This document shows, one piece after another, positions 10,044 to 21,956 of a stretch of 33,461 nucleotides of DNA. The notes under the pieces were generated by a model, which was not told the origin of the DNA, did not search any database, and saw only the letters and a program-made list of their open reading frames with translations. The stretch spans positions 355,873 through 389,333 of the forward strand of contig ML996689.1 in assembly GCA_010356995.1 (NCBI GenBank), read 5' to 3'. The stretch is from Trichodelitschia bisporula (lineage: Eukaryota). The translations under genes and the position numbers were made by a program. Numbering within the stretch: position 1 is the stretch's first letter; every line of letters begins with the position of its first letter.

Positions 10044-11697
10044 GGGGAGCGAGAAGGGTCGTCGTCGGGCGGGCAGAAGGGCGGAGGTGGAGGTTAAGTG
10101 GAGTTTAATATGGCGCTCGGACGGGGTTGTAAAGTGGCATTATGGGGTATTAAGGGCACGGTCGCGGGCGGGCGCCGACGCGGCATGACGGAGGTGTACC
10201 ACCCGAGATGGACGGCGGTGGTTGGGTGGGCACGGCAGATGTATTGCGTACGTTTGCGGCTGGATGCTCGTGGCGGTTGGGTGGTGGTTTCTCGTGGTGC
10301 CCGCATGGCTGATGATCGGCCAGCGGGGGGGGAATGTGTGGAGAGGTGGGCGGGTCTGCTGCTCATGGTAGTTGGGTTGACCCTGCTGGAGATGGAGTGG
10401 GGACGCAGAGGCTAGATGTCGTGGCTGCGGGAGTGGGTTGCGTGGCCATGTGGTGATGCGGAGAGCCGTGTCACGGGATATGCCGTGGGTAAGGACGGGT
10501 ATCGGCGGGAGGGTCGAGCCGAAGGGGAAGAAAAGTAGGCCGGCCCGAGAGGCAGAGAGGATGGTGGAATAAGATCCAACGAAAAAGTTGTGAAAGGAGG
10601 AAACTTTGAACTGATGGAGAATATTGCAGGTACTTGTCCCCATTTCCCAGTCGGGAGTGTGGTTTTCATCCGACGATGATGAAGACTTTGATTGGAAAGC
10701 CTCATGAAACATGATTCAATGCGGTTTCTCTGCAGGGCTAGAGCGCCAACCACGTGCAATAGGTACAACAGACGATCCACCATGCCCGCTTAACTGCTTT
10801 CTCTCATTTCTCCTCCTTACATAGGCCGCCCCCCCAACCCATAACTCACCACCCCAGACCATACGCCGATCCCCATCACAGTTCACCTCGCACTCTACGC
10901 CGTACTACCACGGGCCCTGGACCAACCAGTCCTCGTAGGCAAAAGTCAACGCACCATTCACGACCACACAGCATCCCCCGAAAAGGTAAGGCCGATACGA
11001 GTATGCGGCAACCGGCCCTAGCTTGGCGAGCCCGGTGCTACGGCCCGCATCACGGGAGGCCATCGGCGGGGGATAATGCGCGCGTGCCATCCCGCTGCCG
11101 CTTCTCGCTAACATTTACTTCGGCGAGGCTTCATTCGCTAGACTACAGTAGCTGTCAGCCCATCATGCCTCTTAGAACTAGTCCTGCGGTGCAACCCGGT
11201 GTTCTGGGCGGGCCGACAGACCAGCCTCGCGCGGCTGGTTTGCCTCGTGGCAGTTGGGTCGGCGGGTTCCAGCGCGAATATTTGATGAGTCTTTGACGAG
11301 TCTTGGACGCACTTGCTTTTCGCAGCATCGTGGCGTTGCGGATGAGAGAATATGCGCTACATGAGGACATTTGCGGGGTGGGATGGGATTGGGTGCTGAG
11401 AACGAGGCTGAATGTTCGGATGCGCGATTGGCGGTCCGGGGTGCATGCGCTGATTTGCGCACATATCCCCGAGCAGCAGCCAAGACGCGCGAAGCTTTGT
11501 GATGGCAATCCTTCTCACTGCCGTACGTGGAGATAGGTGTGGGTATGCCTTCGAATCGCTGCTGAATATGAACGAGGCCGGTGCATTTAGCCATCACTCC
11601 CTCCACCATTGTCACATCTCATCAACGAAGCTACTTTGGCCTCGTCTTCCCCATCACCACCACTTAGCTACTACACTCCATCCCATAGCCCACCATC

Positions 11698-13604
11698 ATG
11701 GATATGTCCACGCCCATCGACCCAACAGTCGCCGCCCTCCCCCTCACTGACCCCGCCTGCATAAAAGCAATGGACTCCTGCCTCGCCTTCGCCGCCGCGG
11801 GCAACGCTTCCCAAACCGTCACCCCCTTCAACGGCCAATTCGCCTACGGCCGCTGGACAACCTACTACTGGGTGATCCTGCTCGGGTTCGCAACGGCCTT
11901 CCACATCTTCTGCACACTCCGGGACCGCCGCGCGGCCCCAGTGCCAGCGAGCACACCCCGCCCCTCCGTCCTCCGCAAGGCCCAAGCAGCCGGGCGATGG
12001 GCGTTCTACCGCCGGCCCGCCGGGCGGCTGAGCTGGTTCAGCCTACCGAGCGTAGGGACACTGGTATTCATACTCGTAACCACAGTCTTCCTCCTCGGCC
12101 TCACCTTCGCCGAGCGCCCATACTACCGCCCGCACTTCGGGTACGGGTCGCCGCCCATCGCAATCCGTTCCGGGCTGATGGCCTTCGCCTGCATACCGAT
12201 CCTCGTCGCGCTCTCGGGAAAGGCGAATATAATCACGCTACTAACGGGCGTGAGCCACGAGCGGCTGAACGTGTTGCACCGGTGGGTGGCGTGGATGAGT
12301 TTCGGGCTGAGCCTGGTGCATACGATTCCGTTCTTTTACGCGAGTATATATGATGAGGGGGATGGGGGGGATCAGCGGGTTAAGAGCGAGTTCTATACGA
12401 ATAAGATGCGGGGCGCGAACGAGGTACCTTTGCCCTTCCTTTCCCCACCCCTCCTCCCCTCAAAAAAACCTAACGAAGACAGTACTCCGGCGTCCCCCCT
12501 CTAGCAATGCTCTTCGGCCTCTGCATCCTCTCCCTTCCGCCCCTGCGCAACAAATTCTACGAGTCCTTCTACGCCGTCCACATCCTGCTAGCCATAACTT
12601 ACCTAGGCCTGCTCTTCTGGCACGCCGCCAACGTCAACGACTCCTGGGCCTACCTCTGGGCCACACTCGCCGTCTGGCTCGCCTCCTGGGCCGCTCGCAC
12701 CTTCTACTACACCCGCCCGCTCAACATCCACAGCGCCTGGTTCGTCCCCTCCCAGGCTACGCTCGTTCCGCTTCCCGGCGCCGTGACGCGGATCGAGGTC
12801 TGGCCCCCGGAGGATTTCGCGCACTCCCCCGCCCAGCATGTGTTTCTGCGCTTCACCGCGCTCGCACCGCTGGATAATCACCCCTTCACGATCGTCTCCG
12901 CACCCATGGACTCAGGTTCCCAACCAAGTCCACTCGTTTTCCTCGCCCGCACGCACGCGGGCTTCACAGCGCGGCTCGCGCGCTACGCACTTGCGAATGT
13001 AAATGGCAAGGACGAGGCCGCCAGCACGCCGGTGTGGATCGACGGCCCGTACGGGGGTGTGTCCCGCAGCTTCGAGACGCGGTACGATACACTTGTGCTC
13101 TTGGCGGGTGGGACGGGAATTTCGGCGTGCTTGCCCTGGATGCTGAGCGCGCGGGAGGGGCGGTTGAAGCGCGTTGTACTGGTGTGGGCGGTGAGGAGGG
13201 CGGAGGCGCTGGCTTGGGTGACGGGGGAGCTTGAGGCGGTCGGGAAGGGGGAGGTGGAGGTTGTTGTGCAGATGCATATAACTGGGGAGGTGGAAGAGGG
13301 GAAGGATGGTAAGGAAGTGGGTGAGGGGCTTGGGAAGGAGGCGCGTGTCGAGGTTGCGGGGTCTGAGGGGAAGAGTGGCTTCGCTGAGCGGTTGGCGGCG
13401 TTAGGGCCGTCTCTCGAGGGCCGGCCGGTCATGAGCGAGGTATTGTCCAAGCACGTTCGGGCCGGCGAGCGGACCATGGTCTTCGCCTGCGGGCCAGAAG
13501 GGTTCCGAGTCGACGTCGCGAACGCAGTAGCGGGAGCGCAGCGGCGCGTGCTAAGCGGCGAATGCGTGGAAATCGGGATGCACATCGAAACCTTCGGCTG
13601 GTAG
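11698..13604 (+). CDS. Ferric/cupric-chelate reductase (FRE family)
   Basis: Intron 12424-12482 joins the two ORFs in frame. Heme-ligand His motifs (HERLNVLHRW, YESFYAVH), FAD motif HPFT, and NADPH motifs DGPYG, LLAGGTGIS, ACGP and ETFGW. Confidence 0.93.
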
Positions 13605-13612
13605 CTTCATAA

Positions 13613-15853
13613 TTAATGGCACATCATGATCCACTGATCAATAACGTCCTGCATATCGCTCGCCACGCCCCACTGCGTCTTCAAACACCCAAACAGCTTC
13701 TGCATCGAATTGAACTCGTAGAGCAAATTGCGCATCCGCGGCGCAATGGCAAAGTTGCCCACCGGCTCGCCGCGCAGGAACCGCACCGTGTCCGAGATGT
13801 ACACTGAGCCCGTGAGCTCGGCGAGCGCGACGGATGGGTCGTCGCTCGTGTACACTACGTCTTTCCAGTCGACGACGACGGGCACGCGCACCGTCGCCAG
13901 GCCTGCGAGGAGGAAAACGCTGTACACCGTGGCGGCCGAGAACAGGCAGATAGGCATGTGAATCGTATGCGCGCGGCCCCGCGGAAGCGACTCCACAATC
14001 TCCTGCATCTGCAGCGCATGCAGCAAGGCACGGCGCGCATCATGCGTGCCCGCCCAAGCGACAAGGTCCGGGCCGGGACGCGTCACCCTTGAGCCGTCCC
14101 ACAGATGCTGGGCGATGCCCTGGCGGCGACAAACGACCTGGCAGAGAGTGGTAGACGAAATGACGGTGTCGAGGCCGAGGGCATGCCAGCGCAAGAGTGT
14201 CTCGTAGCGGTCCTCGGTGGACAGCGAGGGGCGCAGCACGATGCAGTCGTACATGCGGGCGAGGGCGCGGCGGATGTCGACTTTACCCGGCACGCCGACG
14301 GAGGTTTCGCCCTCGTCGTCGCAGTCTGAGAGCATGGATTGGACGCCTTCGAGGATGACTTTGAGGGAGAAGGCGGAGAAGGGGAGGGTGTGGAGGTCGG
14401 GCTGGGGGGTAGGGGAGAAGATGTGGTTGAAGATGCTGCGGAAGGTGGGGAGCTGGACGGGCTTGGATTGCATGTGCGATAGCCATTCCTCCGCGCTGAG
14501 GGCCATGAAGGCGGCTTCCTCGCCGGGGAGGCAGAGTTGGTTCGACGTATGGCGCAGGGATGCGACTTTGCCGGATACTTGCGCGTTTAGGCCGTCGAGA
14601 ATGTAGTGCGCCAAGAGGGCGCGCTGCTGTAGCTCACGCGCTACCCAGAGGCGCCATTGGCGATCAATTTCAGGCTTGGATGCAGTTGCGGCCGGTAGCT
14701 CTTCCATGGGGTACGGCTCGCTGTCATACATGCCGCAGAACTTGGACCAGTTGATATTGCCGTTGAACACCTGGGTTGAAGTCCGGATTTGGCGGTTCTT
14801 CGACAACATGCCATACATCTGATTAAGTACGACCGTCAGAACCAACTGCACGCCCGGACAGCTGTCATACGGCCCGCGATGTGTGACAAAGGTCTGCCAG
14901 GAAGTAGTGACAGCTGCATTGGCGAGTCTCCAGAGCCCCTCTCCCTTCGTAATGGCATCAGCGGGACCGAGGTAAAGTGATCCAATGGCGATGGCGCTTA
15001 GAAGCAGCGGATGGATGCATTCGCCATACACGAAAGTCGCTCGATGCAGAACCGGAAAAGTCGGAATGAACTTGACGAAGAACATGTGCAGACATTCGTC
15101 GAGGAAGACATAGTTGATGTCGGCATTCGCCGCGACGTTAGACGTCTAGTGAACTTTAGGAAAGCATGTAACTAGGCCAGAAAACCTACCCAGATGGCCA
15201 CGAGCCGATTGACATCTGGAATAGCCTTCTGACTTACCCCAGTGGAGATATCAATGGGCAGTCCTCTCTCGAGGAAAGTGGGGGTTCCAGCTCTCATGTT
15301 GAGGTCGATTTGAGGAAATACAGCAGGCAAGAAGGGCAAAGCGCTAGGCTCCATAATACTGTGAAAAAGCTCCTCCGACTCGGGCCAAATCAACTCATAA
15401 TCCAAGTCCATAGACTGAGTCACCGGAAAGGCGTTGGCCGTCGAAAGCTGCTGTTCCACTTCGGGAGAGGAAACCGAGATTCGTGAGCCATTGCATCCGG
15501 AAGTGCCGTTCTCAGTCTGCGGGAGACTCTCGGGGCTTACTGGTGCCTCAGAGGTGGTAGGCCTTGAGGTTTCCGTCGAGGCAGCGCCCAGCGGACGCAC
15601 ATGAAGCCGTTCGTGCCGACTCAGCGAGTCTTGCCTGCTGAAGGGACGCCGGCACACTTTGCATACAAATGGCCGAGCGCCCGTATCTGGGCATGAGTTA
15701 GAAGATGGTAGATTTAACTTTCCGCTAGTCTTACGGCTTCGTTCATGACGCTGTGGGGACGGATTAGCAAGTGGAAAAAGCATCCAGGGGTGGGAGTGGC
15801 ACCCTGAGGTGTTCGCCCTTGGAAAAGGACCGACGGCACCACTTGCAGTCCAT
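13613..15853 (-). CDS. C2H2 zinc-finger transcription factor with a fungal-specific TF middle-homology domain
   Basis: Spliced with three introns: MDCKWCRRSFSKGEHLR|RHERSH|TGARPFVCKVCRRPFSRQDSLSRHERLH...W|TSNVAAN...CLHMFFVKFIPTFPVLHRATF. Contains the typical W--W---E---R block. Confidence 0.9.
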
Positions 15854-16200
15854 ATTGAGATTGGGATAAAGCAAAAGGCGTGAGATATTGAAGAGATTGA
15901 GGGGAGGCAATGTGGAGAGGATGGGAAAGCGGAGATTGTGGGAGGGTGTGGGAGATGCTCTTGTGGGGTGTGGGGTGTGGGGATGTTCGATTACATATTG
16001 TGGGGATTTCCACCAGTCTAACCTCATCGGTATGGCGGACGGGAGCACGTCGCCGGGTGCCAGGCTGCCCCACTTTTACTGCCTTGCCGGTGCAGGACTA
16101 CCAGGTAGTCCCGGGAAGCAACAACGGGTAAAAAGCTTCGCCCATCACCAATACCACAACTGTGGAGTTCGCAGCCTCGCCCGCCGAATAAGCTGTCTGC

Positions 16201-16253
16201 TAGAACTAGTGCTCAAACGGCCTGTTAGAACTAGTGCTCAAACGGCCTGTTAG
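16201..16253. repeat. Perfect 25-bp tandem duplication in the divergent TF/MFS promoter
   Basis: TAGAACTAGTGCTCAAACGGCCTGT twice, followed by TAG. Confidence 0.9.
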
Positions 16254-16682
16254 CCGGCACCATGCTTGCTTCTGCGGTCGATCTCTTGGATAATGCTTGA
16301 TTTCGTTGAAGCAGGCACAAACGCCACTTGCGTGCGACATGCCGTCCTCCCGTACCGTAGTACGTACGGGTAATGGAGTCGGTAAGCCGCGATTTCTACT
16401 TGCTCGAAACACTATTCTGACGTCCTCTGCCGTCTCTGGGGAACATGGTTCCCCACACGATCTCGACTTGGCCAATGATGGTGATGATGCGCCATGACGC
16501 CTGCCTTGCACTGGGCTGGACTTCCCCCGCATTCACAATGCCGTCGTTCACAGCGTTTGCCACTCGCACTAACCACTGACAGTGACGATTTGCCAGTTGC
16601 TCATTTTCTAATCCTTTCCTACTACTTTCAAATGATCCTCTTAGACACCCGCTTGTCCTAGCCCTACGTGAAGCCCCTAAAC

Positions 16683-18305
16683 ATGTCGGCCTCTAGCATT
16701 CTGTCTCGATCGGAAGAGCCCAAAGACTCCGAGTCCCAGCGGCGCCAGCACTCGGAAAACCTCGACGACAAACAAAAGTTTTCCCGCGAACATCGAGACT
16801 ACCTCATCGACCGCCATGGCTCCTACAATCTCGAACCCGTCCCCAGCTTCGCGGGCGCCGACCCGTACAACTGGCCATACTGGAAGGTCTGCTTCACTTC
16901 TATCAGCCATTCCGACTAGAATCCAGAACTAACCCCCCCAGAAACTCACCAACCTGCTCCTCGTCAGCTTCCACGCCATGACCGCGACCTTCACCGCAGC
17001 CTGCATCATGCCCGCCTTCGCCTACATAGCCCACGACCTACACATCTCCATCCAACAAGCCTCCTACCTCACCGCCCTCCAAATCGCCATCCTAGGCGCC
17101 GCCCCCCTCCTCTGGCGCCCCCTCTCCGACCGCTACGGCCGCCGCCCCATCTTCCTCCTCTCCCTCCTCTGCAGCCTAATCGGCAACATAGGCTGCGCAA
17201 AGAGCCCCTCCTACAGCACCCTGTGCCTCTGTCGCGCCATCGTCGCGCTGTTCATCAGCCCCGCCATCGCCATTGGCAGCGCCGTGGTGACAGAATGCTT
17301 CTTCCGCAAATCCCGCGGCCGCTACATCGGCATCTGGACGCTGATGGTCACTCTCGGCATCCCCGTCGCGCCGCTGATCTTCGGCCCCGTGGCGTATCAC
17401 ATCGGCTGGCGCTGGATCTTCTGGATCCTGGCCGTTATGAACGGCGTCCAGTTCCTGCTCTATTTCTTCCTCGGCCCGGAGACGCTGTACGTGGCCCACG
17501 CGGGCGGCGGCCGTGGCCCAGACTTCAAGAATAAGTTCCTGAGCTTCGGTCGTATAAACCCGAAGCCGCTGCGCGCGGTCGACTTCGTCCACCCGCTTAC
17601 CATGGCGAGCCGGGCCTGCGTGCTCGTCCCCGCCATCGCGTACGCCATGAATTTCCTCATGGGGAGCATCCTGATCACCGTCGAACTACCGCAACTCTTC
17701 GTCGAGCGCTTCGGGCTCAACCCGCAGCAAATCGGGCTCCAATTCGTCGGGCAGATCATCGGGACTCTGATCGGGGAACTGCTGAGCGGCACAGCTTCTG
17801 ACTACTGGATGCGGTGGCGGACGGATCCAGCGCGGGTGCGCCCGGAGAGGCGCCTGTGGTTGAGTTATCTCGGGTACTTGTTGACAATAACCGGGATTGT
17901 GGTGTTTCTCGTGCAGTTGCAGAACGCGCACGAGGGGGACTGGAATGTGACGCCGGTTATTGGGGCCGGGATCGCGGCGGCGGGGAATCAGATTGTGACG
18001 ACGATTTTGATCACGTATGCGGTTGATTGTTACCGCGAGGAGTCGGCTAGTGTGGGTGTGTTCATCACCTTCGTGAGGCAGATCTGGGGCTTCATTGGGC
18101 CGTTCTGGTACGTACATGTCCTCTTTTGCAAGCGATTCGAGCTGATGAGTGCAGGTTCCCATCCATGTTCAAGTCCATCGGCGAGGCCAACAGTGCGGCG
18201 CTGTGTTCCTGCCTCGTCATCGCCGTCAGCCTTGCGCCGACGATTCTGTTGCAGTGGATGGGGCCGAAATGGCGCGCTCGCCAGGGGAGTACCGATCAGT
18301 CTTGA
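16683..18305 (+). CDS. Major facilitator superfamily transporter (DHA1-like)
   Basis: DPYNWPYWK|K N-terminal motif, motif A (PLSDRYGRRP), about 12 hydrophobic segments, PERRL and YAVDCY. Introns near 16888-16941 and 18108-18154; the last exon ends GSTDQS. Confidence 0.92.
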
Positions 18306-18903
18306 ACTGGTTAAGTTGTGACCGTACGGTACGCAGGATGTGGCCTCTCGAGTTCGGCGTTTATGGGTTGTGCAAAGTATGTATACTTACTGCGGTATCT
18401 GGCCGGTCGGTGCCGGTAGTGTCGTGATGTCACAGCACCTGCGGTAGCAATACGAAGTACCTTTTAGCTGCATTTGGACCCTGGTCTGGTGACATGTAGC
18501 GTGATACCGCGTTATGTCCTTCCCCAAAGCCCCGAGACTTCCGGGCGGGTCCGAACGCTGTACCAGTCACATCATGCATGCAGGGTGTATAAAAGAAAGG
18601 GCATAATTTCGTCAGACAAGCTCTGGCATTGCCCGAGCTGTCTGGCGTCCTCCAGCAAGAACGCTCAAACGTCTACATTTCGTTAAACCACCTCTACCGC
18701 CCTTCAGCCTCCCTCACCACCCCTGAGCAACTCCGACATCCAACCCTCAGCCTCACCTCCGCTCGGAGCAACTCCGACGTCCAACCTCATCCAAAAACGG
18801 AAAGAGCAGCAATTCGGTATTCGCTCTATGCCAAAATGCAACCAGCAAGAAAAAACGACGGAAAACTCCTCCCAAACCTCATCACCTCTCATATCCAAAA
18901 CCC

Positions 18904-20355
18904 TCACATCGCCTCAAACCTCTCAGCAAAAACCTCCTCCGCAACCCCCACACAATCAAACCCATAAATCATCCTCTGCACATCCCTATCCGCCCACTTA
19001 TCCGGATGCGGCCCCTTCCCCTCCCTAAGCGCCTTAAACGCGCGATCGCGCTCCGCCTTCGCCGCCCCCTCACCCAGATGCAGCACCCGTCCACTCTGCG
19101 CCGCCAATTCCACCAACGTCTCCGCGCGCTCCTTTCGCACCGCCTCATACACCCTGAGCACGCGGTTGATCGTCTCGGGCCTTGTGTCAGGCAGCTTGGG
19201 CAGGACAACGCCGAGCACGCCCGCATCCTCGATGGCCTGGGCGGCGCCCTGGTTGAGATGCGGTAGGGTCGGGTGGCACGCATCGCCTACCAGCGCAGTC
19301 GAGCCGTGCACCCACGTCGGCAGCGCGGCGTGCACGCGCAGCTTCCACTCGCAGACTTCGCCCTCCGGGACCATGTTCAGCATCTTCTGCACCGTGGGGC
19401 AGAACTCGCGGTACACGGCAAGCATCGCGGATTTCGAGCCGCGGGTCGTGTACATCGCGTTCGTGGCCGCGGCAAAGTGGTCGTCCGGCTGCGCGGTGCT
19501 GATGTTGTAGATCGTGTGGTTGGCGATCGGGTACGCGATGATGTGCTTGCGCTCGCCGATCCAGCGCGTCGATTGATCTTTATCGATGAGGGCGAGGAGT
19601 TCAGGGTCTGCCGCGAATTGTTCGCGCGTGAGCATGATGCGGTAGGCAGCCTGCCCGGTGTCCATGACTTCGGCGGACACGCCGAGGTCGCGCAGCATGG
19701 CGACGCGGGTGGGCGATTTTATGCCGTCGGCGCCGAGGAGGATGTCGCATTCGACGGTGTACGGCTGGCCCTCGCGGGGGACGACGACGAAAGTAGGCGA
19801 GGGGGCCCAGGAAATCACGCTGTCGAATTTAGTTGCGAAGTGGAATGTAATGGCGCGCTCTGCCTGGCAGCCCTTGTACATGGCGCCGGCGAGTTGGGAT
19901 CTGTGGCCGGTCATGTGCGGGTATCCGTAGTTCTCCTTGATCGAGTGCATGACAACATGCCCGAGCTCCTCGTTCGTAGACCCCACTGGTCGCGTCAGCT
20001 TATCCAGAGCCGTGAGGGAAGGCTACGGAACGCACTTCGTATGCTCGCCTCCTTGATATCCACGGCCGTTGCCTCGATTTCCTTCCACACGCCCAGCCGG
20101 TCGAGCACGCGCGCCATGTTGGGCGCGAGTTGGATGCCGGCGCCCACGAAGCCCAGATCCGAGGCCATTTCGAAGACGTGAATATCCTCAAAGCCGGCCT
20201 TTGCAAGGGACAAGGCAGACGCAAGCCCGCCCATGCCTATAACGCAGCATCGTCAGCTTCACCATCCCCCCCGCGACACTCACACACAACATACCCGCAC
20301 CAATAATGGCAATCCGCAACCTCTTAACCTCGTCCTTCATCATGCGCACACTCAT
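18904..20355 (-). CDS. FAD-dependent monooxygenase (group A, salicylate-hydroxylase-like)
   Basis: IAIIGAG|MGG Rossmann motif, GAGIQLAPN, DG motif (LLGADGIKS) and GD motif (LVGDACHPTLPHLNQGAAQAIEDA). Two introns. The start Met could also be at 20343 or 20340. Confidence 0.92.
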
Positions 20356-21767
20356 CAACCCACCCGTCGTAGCGTAGAAATGCTCCCTCAAACAAATCCT
20401 CGTATCTCGTCCGTAATCCGTGACACAAAAAAGCCGTTCCAAAAACCTTCAAGTCAAAAACCATAAACCATGAAGCAAAACGCACCACCCCCCCAAACAC
20501 AGCGGCCAAAACGCCTCTTAAACCCACCCTGGGAGCCGAAATGCCCACCCCCCGGCCAAGCCCCAGCCCAGAACCCTAGAACCTCTCCGCCAGAAAAAAA
20601 ACCCGGCCACCCGCACTACCGTACCGTACCCACCGCCGCACACGCCATATCAAAAGCCTTGCCCAAAGGCCTCTCTCCCGCGAGTTGCTTGCAAATACGT
20701 AGGCCCCACACAACTGGCCCTTGTAACAACCCCGCAGTCGGCCGGCCGATCGCGGTGCCATGCGCATGCACTCCGGGCTCGTGTGCGGCAACCTTGAACT
20801 ACGGTAGAATCTAGTCAGCATTGTCCATTGTCGTAACAAACTCCGAAGAACAGTATTCTTCACCCCTCCGCTATGGGAATCTTCCTCTCGTCGTCAAGCT
20901 CGCTATCCAATAGGCAGCTTAACGAAAGCTCCAGCCGTTAACCGCCGCCCCCCCCCCAGCACAACATAAGCACTGGACCGCCGCACCGCCGCGCGCGCAC
21001 GCATCCGCATCACACCACCTCACGGGTACCCGTACGCAACACACTAGTGCAGCGCAACAACCCCAAACCAAAGACCATAATTGATAAGCAATCCCCGATC
21101 CCCCCTTCCCAAAGTTTAAATTCCCCTCATCCAGACCCATCCCGCCCCGACTTGCCCGAAACTGCCGAAACCGCGCCCCGATCTTCGGATAAATGTTTCG
21201 CCATTTCTTGTCCCGTCCCCAGCCCCACCTTGCCCCTCGCATCCCCACCGCAGCAGTCCGGTTCGGCAGGTCAGGCGGGGACGGGTCAGCCCCCGTGTGG
21301 GGATGCCGGAATGAGGAGGTGACGCGTGCGGGGCCGATGGCCATGCTGGGTGTGCGCCTTCGCGATCGGTATGAGCACGCGAGCATTTGGTGAGGTGAGG
21401 CGGGGCAACCGGCAGTGACGTAATCCTTGCGCAGAGGGTTGGCGTGGGTGGGTTCCGATAACCGGAGCTCTCAAAGAGTCAGGGAGTTCATGCCACATCT
21501 TGCCTTGCCATGACCAGTCTATGCGAAGCTCTGTTCGTCCATTCATCATCATGCTTCTGCTAATTAGGATATCATCATAACCATCATAACCATCATACCA
21601 GGTCAAAGCATCTCATGAACCGGAACGCAGCGCTAGAAAATGTGCCTTAAGCCCGCCCCATATTACCCCAACATACAGAGAAGAACCGTACAAACGCAAA
21701 ATCCTGTCAAAGCCTCCATGTACCACGCCCAAAATCAAACCATGTTCTTATCTTTTTCTCCTTCGAC

Positions 21768-21859
21768 CTAAGTGAGCGTCGACATAGCGAACGCAACAAG
21801 CTTGGGATTCGGCGCCGGCCTCGACGCTGCCCTCGACCTTGCCCTCGACCTGGACCTTC
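21768..21859 (-). CDS. Alternative terminal exon of the preceding gene
   Basis: Donor G|GTAGGT at 21988, branch GCTGAT, and TAG acceptor at 21860 give in-frame GRSRSRARSRAASRPAPNPKLVAFAMSTLT then stop. Confidence 0.7.
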
Positions 21860-21956
21860 CTACTCGATGAATCAGCAAAGGCTCAATCATAAATGCCCAA
21901 GCGCGATTGACCACGAAGGAAAGCACATACACCCATGCATCAATCAAGCAAGGACA

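Noticed and set aside
11454..11461. TTTGCGCA, matching the yeast Mac1 copper-response consensus, upstream of the reductase
   Set aside because: A single short match; yeast Mac1 targets normally carry two copies, so chance is likely.
19273..20181. 302-aa antisense ORF
   Set aside because: Shadow of the monooxygenase.
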